In this document: in pieces, positions 53,392 to 64,000 of the stretch
How the letters are laid out: each line of letters starts with the position of its first letter
How positions within the stretch are numbered: position 1 is the first letter of the stretch
Assembly: GCA_951406725.2 (NCBI GenBank)
Contig: OX597838.1
Coordinates: forward strand, 1-64,000
From: Octopus vulgaris
Taxonomy: Eukaryota
Length of the DNA stretch: 64,000 nt
Reading direction: 5' to 3'
Program-made: the position numbers and the translations under genes
The notes under the pieces: generated by a model
What the model was told of the DNA's origin: nothing
Databases searched by the model: none
The model's input: the letters and a program-made list of their open reading frames with translations, nothing else

Positions 53392-55200
53392 CTGTTTCTT
53401 CATTAAGCACTCAGGCTCGTATACAGAGGGGACAGCAAAGGACAGACAGAATACCACAGCGGGAACAAAAATATAAAACGAATGAAAAAGGAGTGATGTA
53501 TAAAAATAACTGATGGTAGAATGGATGCATTGAACCCCACTCCCAAGCAGTACCATTTAACAGTTAAATTATACAAATTAACAAATCTTTCTTACACTGT
53601 CTTTTTTTTTTTACTTTTAGTATCGTTATCTCTTCCTTTTTTCCCCTTTTTTGGAGGGAAAGTCTATTATTTCTGTATTTAAAAACAAATTTTTTTACTT
53701 ACTTTACTCATTTTAACAGTTCATAAAGGGTTTCAAATCTTTATGGCAATTCGTCGAATTCGACTTTTACCCCCAACGGGTCTATACTATTTCCGAACAG
53801 TTCTTTCAGTTTCTCATATCTATCCTTGTCAATAATTATTCCCGAGGTTTCTTCTTAATATTTTTCCGGTGGTAACCTCACTCTTATGACTGATCTAAAC
53901 TTCGTAATCTTCCGCTCGATTGCCCTACTTTTGGCATATGCGACCATGTGCCACTTGTTTTTTCTCGTTTTAACATCCGTTTGCTTCAGCGACGGACCTG
54001 GGCTGTCCGCGCGAGTCGTTCCCCTTGGTTCCTTTCTTGCTGCACCAAAATAAGCTTCAATGTGTAAGTCTTCCACATCGTGAAGTACCGATGTTTCTAC
54101 TTCCACTCTACTTTCCATTGTTGATTCTGCTGGTGTTTCGCACTATTCCTTTCCTCCATCTCAATCTCCTTCATACTCTTCTGGCTCTCCGGCGGAGAGA
54201 TCATTCTTTCATTCCTCTTCTTCATATTTACGACGGTGAATGATTCCTCCACTCTATCTTTCTCTCTTTCCGGTATTACCACTTCGGCACTGATTTTCCC
54301 TTTTTTGCTCATCTTCGGTTTTCTTTCTGGGGGCACTTTGCTTTCAGGTGCCCCCTTTGACCACATAAGAAACACGTTTGTGGTCTTCCTTCCACTACTA
54401 CTCTCAGTCAGACGTCTTCTGGGAGAATGATCTCTGTAATTTCGTGCCAGACTTTTAAGCTCACTTCTATGGCCATCTCGAGGCTATACTCCCATCAATT
54501 AACCTTTTTAGTTCTCATAATCTTTAAGATTTTAACCTCATCCTCCATTCTATGCCTGACTGCTGCCACCAGCCCTGCTTCATTAATCTCGTGGGGTACT
54601 CTGCCAATTCTTACTCTGGCGACGCGTTTGCCACAATAAGTCGGCAGAAGTACCCATTCTTCTGTCCTTATCGGCTCAGTGGCGTGGTTTATCGCGTCTT
54701 CTTTGCTAAACCTTACTTCCACTGTGCCGTATTTCCACGCCTCTTTATTTCCTTGGGGCACTCCTCAATTGTTTTGATTGGAGTAACCGCTATCTTTTTA
54801 GAGGACCTAGATAACGTTCTGTACACCACCGTCCTCTTCATCACATTGTTCGTCAATTCTTGCGGTGCAGTCAGCTTCAAACTGCCTCCTTTCTTTTCTA
54901 TTAATTTACTTCCTTCCACTTCCTGGGTTTTACTTTAATTTCACGTACTTCCAAGTCGTCGGCAGATATTCCTTTACTCGTGGCTGATGCGTAACTTCCA
55001 GTTGGTTTATTTTCCATACCTCCTCTTTTTCCCACCTCACCCATAATTGGATAGGAAAATAAATACGATAACAGCAAAAACAGCAACAAAAGTTCAAAAT
55101 TTAACCAATTTAACCAATTTAACAAATCCTAGGTTCACACACACGGGGAGACTTATAACAAACAAACAGCTTACTTCGGAATCACAAGAAATCCAGTAAA
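53392..55200 (-). mobile_element. ORF1-only Tx1/L1-like element (E0), frameshifted
   Basis: SYASAT, YGTVEVRF, LLPTYCGKR, VVEGRPQTCFLCGQ knuckle, C-terminal KWHMVAY; no ORF2; 3' tail like E1-E3. Confidence 0.8.
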
Positions 55201-55209
55201 CAGAGTTGT

Positions 55210-56110
55210 CTCTGATCTTGAGAGCTCAGCAAATACATTCTGAAGACGAATTAGATAGATTACTGGAGAAAAAAATGTATCAGCAAATCCAGTCTCCTCA
55301 GGTCACCCCCACCCGTTTCTAGATAATTATGGTATTTTCAGAATAGGTGATAGATTGGCTGAGTCTACAGTTGAAACCAAGAATCCGGTCATATTGTCAA
55401 GTAAACATGCCCTTGCTGAGTGTATTGCTGCTCATTTTCACAGAAAAGCTCATGTAGGGGAAGAATGGGCTTCGGGACTTATCAGACCGCATTATTAGAT
55501 TACAGGTGGTAGAGCTGTTGTCAAGAAAGTTATCCGTTCATGTGTTGTTTGTAGGAATTTATTTTCCAAGCCGGTTCCTCAAATTATGACGAATCTCCAC
55601 AGGGTGAGAGTTGAATCAGATAAACCTCTTCTTACACACACTGGTGTAGATGTCTTTGGACATTTCATGGTCAAAGTCAATCGTTCAGAAGTAAAGCGTT
55701 ACGATTGTATGTTCACATGTCTTGTAACTAGAGCGGTACATATAGAGATGTTACATAGTCTAGACACTGAATCTTTCATCAATTGTTTTCGCAGATTTAT
55801 GTCTACAAGGCGTCACACAGAGAAGGTTTACTCAGACAATGGTACAAACTTTGTTGGGGCTAAAGCTGAGTTAAAAAGGGCTTTACAGGAGTTATCTCAG
55901 ACTGATATCCAAGCTTATGAATTGGATCGAAACATAGATTGGCATTTTAACCAACTTGCAGCTTCTCATATGGGGCGAGTTTGGTAACGCATGATAGGTT
56001 GTGCTAGGAGAGTTATGGAAAGATTACTGTCTGGTCCTGTTAGACTTACTGATGAGATTCTAGAGACGATGTTCGCAGAGGTTGAATCTATTTTGAATGG
56101 TTAGACCGTT
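55210..56110 (+). mobile_element. BEL/Pao integrase remnant
   Basis: PVIL, C..C, TGVDVFG, FTCLVTRAVHIE, YSDNGTNFVGA, WHFN..AASHMG.VW. Confidence 0.92.
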
Positions 56111-56230
56111 AGACAATTTAAATATATTTAGTTATTTTCTCATGTTAACCTGAGATATACTTATGATATTTTTCATCATTTAGTAATTTTCGCGCATGTG
56201 TATCAGTCATAATAAACACGTTGAATGTAT

Positions 56231-57286
56231 TGTTACGGAGATGAAAAAAACGAGAAAATGCTATGACCCAGTTCTGTTGGTTGGAGTCGGACCGGCGGGG
56301 AAAAGAAATAATGGGTCTTTGTCTTGTCAACGGCAACAGTAAATAATGAGGGTAGGAAGTATCTCTGACCCTTACACGGTCAGCGAAAGTTAAGAAAAAA
56401 ATAAATATGCCACCCCTTTAAAATGCGACAAGCTGGTGTTAGTGAGATCAGACAGCGAAGGGTCGGAGGAGAGTTCGGTTGGAAAGGGACAGCGAGTCGA
56501 TGCAGACAGCCAGCCAGGAGATGACAGTTGGTGGAGATGGCGAGAAGCAGCGACAACGATGAGAAAGACAGACAGTGAATGTGAGAGATGACAAGCGAGA
56601 GGAAGTAAGGAAGATGGCAGTGAAGGGGGCAGAGAGAGACATTTTGAATTTGGACTACTTATAGTAGGGTTTTGTGATGTGTTGTTGCGGACGAGAAACA
56701 TGCGGTAATGTTTATTTATGTTTTTGATTGGTTTGTGTTTTTGAATTCTGATGCTTGGAATAAAAAAAGACTCTGTGACATAAACTGTGGAAAAGAAAGA
56801 GAGAAAAAAAAGAACTGTAAGATGTGTTTCTAAAAGGAAAAGAACATTGTGTCAGAAGGAGGAGAAAAGAAAAGAGAAAAACTTTGTTTTGATTGTTTTC
56901 CAAATTCTGTATTGTGCATGTCAACTGATTGTTGTCGGACGTTGTACTATGTTTAAATGTATTGGATTTGGTTATTCGAACTGTGTTGTGTTTAAATGCA
57001 TTGATTGTTTTTTCAACTCTGTGTACGATCTGTTAAATGTTTTTAAATGTATTTGAAATGTATTACGTTTAATTGATGTTGTAAAAATTATATAAATTGT
57101 GTTGTTAAATGTAAGAAACTGCATTCCGCTGTCTCTCTCTCGTGTTGTTGTTGTTGTCTCCGGTAACTGGTTTGCGTTCGCTGCCCACACTCTCGCTTCC
57201 TGAGGTGGATTTCCGTTTGACTGAGCATAGACGTCGTCGCTCGACTTAGGGTCCTGAGCCGAGTTGAGCGACGGCACGTCCTAACA
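56231..57286. mobile_element. Solo LTR (~1056 bp)
   Basis: TGTTA...TAACA termini with a 4-bp flanking duplication GTAT (56227-56230, 57287-57290). Confidence 0.75.
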
Positions 57287-57374
57287 GTATTTATTTTGTA
57301 GTCAAACTTTGTTACAAAAAAGTTCTATAGTCAAGAAAGTTCAGGAAGTCAAATATCAGCAAAACCTTGTTCAC

Positions 57375-57603
57375 TATCGTGAAGTATATTTGCCACTTAA
57401 ATGTGGCTAACCCTTAAGAGTGGATGCTACTGTAGCTGGTAGACCCAGGAGGACTCCTCCTCCAGTTGGCTATTGACACACCTTCTGTGACCTATCAGTA
57501 TTTACAAAGGGAAGCCACCCTTCCCATCTCCAACCTGACGTGATACACACTGACTCGAGTTTCTGGATATTAACCTGTCATCAGCGTGTGACAATCACCG
57601 GTT
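57375..57603 (-). mobile_element. Penelope-like pseudo-LTR segment; continues at 61270-61492, where 57375-57453 is repeated
   Basis: ATCGTGAAGTATATTT..GGATGCTACTGTAGCT..CCCAGGAGGACT occurs at both sites; contains a hammerhead motif. Confidence 0.6.
57546..57590 (-). ncRNA. Minimal type-I hammerhead ribozyme motif
   Basis: CACAC-G-CUGAUGA-CAGG-UUAAUAU-CCA-GAAAC-UCGA-GUC-A-GUGUG: intact core, palindromic stem III, GUC site; stem II is weak and the stem I closing pair is mismatched. Confidence 0.6.
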
Positions 57604-58090
57604 TTTCTATTTACTATAGGCATAAAGCCTTATATAGAAAGGACATTACAAGGACAAACGTGGGGTACATAGAATGATTTACGAATGAATTATGAGATGT
57701 GAAAAATTATGGTAATGAAATGGCTTCCCACTCCCTGGAGTAGAAATTTCCATTTTGCTGTTTTTACAATTCAACTTATATCGTATTTATAACACAGAAG
57801 CCATTACCTCTTCAAATTCTACCACATGTGGTAATTCATCATATCGAAATCGGAACTCTACTTCCAAACATCTTTTGCCTGTCACCGCAGCATAACTACC
57901 TGTCTGGACCTGTGAATTCATATTTCCGTTATTCACCGCTTCACCCATAAATGGGGAAGCCAAACAAAATCTTCAACAATTTCACAAATGCAACACAATA
58001 TTCAACAATTCAACAGTACATTAAATCAAAAATTCCGTAATTCAACATTTCAGAAATTCAAATAAAAAGCCGTAACTCACATCCACAAGT
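57604..58090 (-). mobile_element. ORF1-only family element E1 (internally deleted, ~490 bp)
   Basis: Retains the C-terminal FRYDELPHVVEF and the shared 3' tail; flanked by the 14-bp repeat. Confidence 0.75.
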
Positions 58091-58104
58091 GGCAATCACC
58101 GGTT

Positions 58105-59628
58105 TATCTCTTTATTATAGGCACAAGGACTGAATACAGAGAGGACATATACAAACATGCGGGAACAAAAAAAAACACATGAAAGAATGAATTACAATGA
58201 ATTAAATTATAATGAATATGAGACAGTTTTCTCGGTTCCGCTCCGAGACGAAACCGCGATTACTTTTTTTACAATTAAACGTTCTTACAGTCTTTTTTCT
58301 TTTTTTTCCTTTTTCACTTGTTCTTTTTCTTAGTCTTTTTTTTTATCGTTTTTTTCCTTTTTCTTTATACATTTTAACAGTCTATTTTCCTATTTTTTTT
58401 TATGAAGTACGAATTTATTGATTTATTTTTAAATGCTCATAAAGGGTTTCAAATCTTTTAATTCCACGATCGGTGGGAGCTCGTCAAACTCGACTTCAAC
58501 CCCCAGCGGGTCTATGTAAAGTTGATACATCTCTCTTAATTTCAAATATCTCTCTTTATCTATGACTATTCCGTTTGTATATTCCGGGTATTTTCCTGGC
58601 GGCAGGTTTACTCTTATTACCGATTTAAATTTTACAATCGTTTTCTCTATTTCTTTACTTTTGAAATAAGTGACCAAATGCCACTTGTATCTCTTCCTTT
58701 TCACTTCTTCTTGCTTCGGCTCCCGTCCTGATCTGTTTGGGCGTGCAGGAACATCATAACCAATTTTATGAACGCTTCATTTTTCTCCCTGTTGTAATGC
58801 TGTTTTTTCCTGTGTGCCTTCTTTCATCATTGCTTCATTTTAGTGCTTCCCACCTATTTCTCTTTTCTTCCATCACAATCTCCTTTAGCCTTTTTTGACT
58901 TTCTGGAGTCCACCAATTGGACTTTGGGGTCCTCTTCATCTTGAATATTTCTACTCCATCCTTCATATCGTGCATAATGGCTGCTACCAGCCATTCTTCC
59001 TCGATTTCGGTGGGTACTCTTCCAACTCTCACTCTGGCTGCGCGTTTACCACAGTACGTCGGAAGTAGTATCCATTTTGTTGTCCGTAATGGCTCCATGG
59101 CGTGGTTTATGGCATCTTCTTCGTTGCCAAACCTTACTTCCACTGAGCCATACTTCTTTCCACGTGTATAGAACGTGGTCAATTTTTTCACATTTTCTAG
59201 GCATTCCTCTCTTTCTTCTGTTGGGGCTACCTCTTTTGTTCGAGGATGAAGATAACGTTCTGTATACTACCGTCCTCTTTTCTATGCTTTTCATCAGTTC
59301 TTCTGGGGGAGTCAGCTTTAGACTATTTCCCTCCTTTTTTACAAATTTTCTTCCTTCCTTCCTCTTTCCTGTGTCCATTTCTATTTCTTGCAATTCCAGG
59401 GTGTTGGTATTTATTCCTTGTGTCGTTGCCGCTGCATAACTTTGTCTATTCTCCATCTTTCTTCACTCCTCCCGTAGACAGGGATTATACAGGTGACTGA
59501 AATTCAATAATTTACACAATCCAACGAATCTTGGTTCACCCGCGCGGGGAAACCTACAACAAACATACAATATCCGTGTGTAACGATTTGAACTCACATC
59601 GAAGAAATCACAACCAACACCCGTTAGA
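58105..59628 (-). mobile_element. ORF1-only Tx1/L1-like element E2
   Basis: MENRQSYAAAT, YGSVEVRF, LLPTYCGKR, C-terminal EFDELPPIVE; closely related to E0. Confidence 0.85.
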
Positions 59629-59642
59629 GACAATCACCGGTT

Positions 59643-61269
59643 TCTCTTTATTATAGGCACAATGGCCTGAATGAAGAGGGGACATAACAATAAAATACAG
59701 GACATGGGGTACATATAATAAAAATACAAAAAGGATTATATGAAATGAAATATTAACCATGAATTAAATGAAATGGCTTACGAGCCCCCCAAAGCTCGCA
59801 GTTTCACTTACAATTACAGTTATACTATCCTGGGTGTTCGTCCGTAATTTAAACGAGTAATTCATCTTGCTCTATAACGCCGGGCAAACTGTCATATCGA
59901 ACGTAATGCTTTATGGTTACAACTGTATCTGAAAATGAATTTCTTAATTTATTTACCGTCTCTCTTTCCACTATTGCAGCCTTTGTTTTGTCATCGTACA
60001 TCCTCGGGTTCAATTTCACTCTCGTTAGATTCTTCGTTACTGCTAATTTTTTCTCAATTTCTTTATTTTTGTGTACAATATTACAGCTCTGAGATTCTTT
60101 CCTTTGGGTCTTCCTCCTTCCTTGCATGTTTTCAGACATTCTTCCACTTTTGTTGACCATTTTACCGCTTCCTCCACCTTGAACCTTCACTCACTTTAGT
60201 TGCTGTATCTCTCCCTTCGTGCGTTCGATCCTCTGTCTCGTCAGCATACTTCTTTTTAGTTTTTTTTCTTTTTTTGGTCTTTGGGTGGTGATTCCACCCG
60301 TGTTCGCTTTCTATCCTCTTTTTCTTCTGTTCTTCACTAACTCGTCGTCACTTTTCATATTATCTCCTAAATCCTCTGTCAAAGCTCTTATTGCTTCCTC
60401 CAGGATCATCTTCTCTTGTATTTCTCCTTCAGGACACACATCCTTCATGTGCCCTCTTCTCTTACATTTATAACACACTGGAGGTCTCCCCTCCACCACG
60501 ACTCTCAGTCGTGTCTCGTCGGGGAACACCAACTCCTCCGGGATGTTATACAAATCTGGCATGGTTATGTGGACTAAAGCTTGCACCGCATAACCCCACC
60601 AGTTTATTTCATTCGACTTTTCCACCTTAAGTATGTCCATGCTCTCCTTGCAGTTGTAGATTATTCAGCTACTATTCTTTCGGTATCAAGTTCCGGTGGG
60701 ATTTTGCTTATTCGTATCCTCACTACTCTTTTCCACAATAACTAGGGAATAAAACCCATTTTTTCCGATCTCAACACTGTCGTTGCGTTCCTTTTCGCTT
60801 CGTCTTCATTTTAGAAGCGAACGTCCACCGTAGCGTATTTTCTACCTCTATTGTAGAAGGTAGTTCTTCCTTTAATTTCTTGTAGACATTTTTCAATCTC
60901 TTCCACCTCTGCTACTTCTATTCTCTTTGAGACCACATTCCTTGTTCTGTATGTTATGATTTTTTTCTCCGCTTTTTTCAATTCGTCTTCAGGTGGTGTA
61001 ACCCTCAGACGGTCTCCTTCCTTTTTGAAACTGTCGTAGTATTTCCTCAAATTTTCCTTCTCGATAATTATTTCTTCCAACTGTAGAAGGTAGTTCTTCC
61101 TTTAATTTCTTGTAGACATTTTGCCTGCTGCTCCCGCATAAGTTTGGGCTTGCATACCCAACAAATAATTCAACAATTCAACACGACGCAACATTTTTCA
61201 ACAACAATAATCAACAAAATTCAACTCACAACCGCAAATCCGAAAAAACCGACACAAACACTTCCGCGC
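59643..61269 (-). mobile_element. ORF1-only Tx1/L1-like element E3 with a CCHC zinc knuckle
   Basis: YATVDVRF, NWWGY, VVVEGRPPVCYKCKRRGHMKDVC, C-terminal RYDSLPGVIE. Confidence 0.85.
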
Positions 61270-61939
61270 GACAATCACCGGTTGCCGATCTGGAGTGGTT
61301 CCCAACGCAAATATATACATTCTTTTTCCAGTGACGAAAAGTCACTGATCTCGAAAAAGTGTAGACAAGCAATAATAATTCTCTGAGCGAGGTATAAGCA
61401 GTAGCTGCATGACATCGTGAAGTATATTTATCACTTAAATTTGGCTAACCCTTGAGGGTGGATGCTACTGTAGCTTGTAGCCCCAGGAGGACTGTTCAAA
61501 TAGTTTTGTATTTAAGTTTATCGTATTTTTGTATTTTTTTAAATTTTGCAGTCTACCATACACTTGCCGTACATTTGTATGTTCACGGGCAATACGTGCA
61601 GAGTGTAACGTATGAGTAGAAAATAAAAGGTTCTAAAGTTTAAACCATTGTTCGTCTTTGTTATTACAGTAGTGATTGTGACTCCGCTCGCCTGGATTTC
61701 TACACGAAGCCGCAATACCATTCACATGCTTTATCTTAAATACATACAGCTGTCTTAGAAGCTAAATCAATTGAAAATCACACAATAATGATATGAAAGA
61801 TCACAGATAATGGCTATGAGAAGCAGAGTCAAATAAGCCAGTACAAAATGAGTTAAAGCAAAACATTAAAACTTTATTTGAAGTTAAGACTAAAACAGCA
61901 ATAAAACTGAATCCCTCTTACAGTCATTCACATCTTCGT

Positions 61940-62136
61940 ATTCTACGTCACTATCACATGGAAGAAAGAAATGAATTGTAAACCAATCGGAGTTGTCCAC
62001 GTCAGCAAACACGCGTTAATTTTCGAGAAATTACCCTATAAATATCGACACTTAATTACTTGCCACGCATTCGTACAAATTGCTCTTAGTTATAAGTAAA
62101 TAAACTGGTTAGCTCTGTAGACAGAAATAGGTAAGT
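61940..62136 (+). promoter_or_regulatory. Candidate stress-inducible Pol II promoter with a short non-coding exon 1
   Basis: ERSE CCAAT-N9-CCACG at 61983-62001 overlapping CCACGTCA, TTCGAGAA at 62022, TATAAATA at 62037, AG|GTAAGT donor at 62131. Confidence 0.6.
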
Positions 62137-62942
62137 TTTCGTGTTTCCATTATCACGGAAGTGATTTGAAATTTCTGAAAATAATTACGTTGTGAATTAT
62201 TCCAAACTGATCTCCGTTTATTTACACACTTGCATTTGAGATGGAATTAAATATTTCTCTTGTGACTAAAGTCGTATCATTACTATAAAATTAAGTGTTA
62301 TTTATTGCTCTTTTTCTTTTAATTTCTTGTTCAACCCTTGCAACGTTCGACAAAATTCAAAACAGCCCTTATTCCTAAGCATGTGTCTGTACACACAAAT
62401 CAAACTTGTTGCAGATGCAGTAGCAGTCTTTATTGCACCTACCTACAAATCTTGACAGTCTTTTAAATTGTACTTTTATTCACAATTTACATTCATAAGT
62501 GATAGATATTCAGTTTTGCTTATTTACTTATTCACAGTATAAAATCTATCATTTATTATTATTGCTTTGTGTGGTTGGCTATTGTCAGTGTTGTGATTGA
62601 GGCTAACAAGCGGTTTATTACATTCGAATTTTTAAAATCTATTTTAAACAGGATACAAAGCTAAAAATCTGTATTAGTGCACTTAGCGCTTCTTTGTCCC
62701 TAGGACTCATAAAGATTTACTCTTCAACGCCCCTCTCCGGATCGGTTCGACCCATTTGGAGAAGCACTGGCCCAAGCTGCATGTTGTCTTAGAGGAACTC
62801 ACCAGCTAAAAGATTAGTAATATCTATGATGCTTTATAGAACATTAGATGAACCAAGTACTTGACTGTTACTTTTTGCATATCGACACTGAAAGCTGAAA
62901 TGCAATGCTGACATCTACAGGGTTCGAACTGATAACTTAAAG

Positions 62943-64000
62943 CAGTGTTTCCCAACCTTTTTATGACAAACGCCCCCACCCCAGAACATTTGGATGCCTT
63001 CACCGCCCCGCCAATCCAATATGAGCGCTGACGGAAGTAATGTTTCTTATGATTTATTTAGAAATAGAACAAGATTTTACATGTATACATTTTATTGACA
63101 GCAACATTTACCGACTGCATTGGATGCTTGCACATCAGTGTGATCCCTGCTGGTGATCAGCCGCAAGTTTAAGAATACTTGGTTCTAAATTTCACAAAAG
63201 AAGTCGTAAATCACCAGGCTGTAGTACGACGCCTAATCAGTTTCTGCCTTTAGTAAAAACTTGGTTTACCGCGCTAAATACCTTCTTCATCAGGTAAGAT
63301 GATGGGAATATAATGAAAAATAGCATTGCTTCATTCCAGAGTAAAGAAAACTTCACACTGCAATGCAACCACATTTCATGCAGGCCTTCATTTTCAAAGA
63401 TCATCTTTCCTTCTTCGTCACATTGTAACTCGACAATGTCCTTCTGCAAATCAATATTTTGTTCCTCTGGTTTGCACACAGATGGCTTCTTTACCCAATC
63501 AGGAATATTCAATTCCATCAAATCTTTAAATCTTGTCTGAAAGTCATCACTGAGTTGCTGTAGATGTGCACAATAGGCTCTCAGATCATATTCAGTAAAT
63601 ACGTGTGAAATGCTTTTCATGGACGGAAACTGACAAAACTCCTTCCTTCCCAGGTTTTGTTTGTACAGTTTGATTTTGCTTATGAAACTGATTGCACTTT
63701 TCGCTTGAATGAGGGTAAAATTATTCCTTTGCAGTTGCAAATTTAAAACGTTCATCTTGTAAATATATCAGCCAAGTAAGCCACATCACCGCGTATGAAG
63801 TCAACATGTGTTGTTGCTAAGTGGAACTGATTTCAAAGTCTTTGTGTCAGCTTTAAGAACAGTCGTAAGAATTTCGAGGATTGAGTGCATTATCAGAGTT
63901 TCTTCAATTGTGTGCGGTTTTCCACATTTAGTTATAAATTTTGATATCCTGGATGAAGCAATGATATTAGTCTCAATTTCAGGCTTAGGTGCTTTAAATG
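62943..64000 (-). mobile_element. hAT (Charlie/Buster-like, ZBED/SCAND3-type) transposon remnant, internally deleted
   Basis: TIR CAGTGTTTCCCAACCTTTT; VAYLADI, MNVLNLQLQ, FPSSYL...FSAV, CGKPHTI.E.LI. Confidence 0.9.

Noticed and set aside
57590-61283. True CRISPR array interpretation of the 14-bp repeats
   Set aside because: The context is eukaryotic, the spacers are kb-sized retroelements, and there are no cas genes. Repeated TSDs explain it better.

Overview
Repeat-dense eukaryotic DNA, most likely from an octopus/coleoid cephalopod (inferred from recognisable SINE, RTE and mariner families and TA-rich microsatellites). From left to right: a homogeneous ~317-bp satellite array (1-4.9 kb); (TA)n/poly-T; a Helitron 5' fragment whose 23-aa STPR-like repeat is expanded to ~28 copies; a ~19-kb strand-polar TA/CATA microsatellite colonised by RTE, CR1 and SINE insertions; probable coding exon 1 of unc-119 (minus strand, no further exons found); a nested Gypsy/RTE/Helentron/pogo stack; BEL and solo-LTR remnants; a candidate ER-stress promoter (ERSE+TATA+donor); and a hAT remnant. 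The most striking feature is at 57.5-61.5 kb. Three divergent ORF1-only (HAL1-like, Tx1/L1-type) retroelements are stacked head-to-tail, each bounded by the same 14-bp repeat GACAATCACCGGTT, directly upstream of a minimal hammerhead-ribozyme motif in a Penelope-like repeat. Most long ORFs in the track over the TA region are microsatellite artefacts. Coordinates of degenerate elements are approximate.
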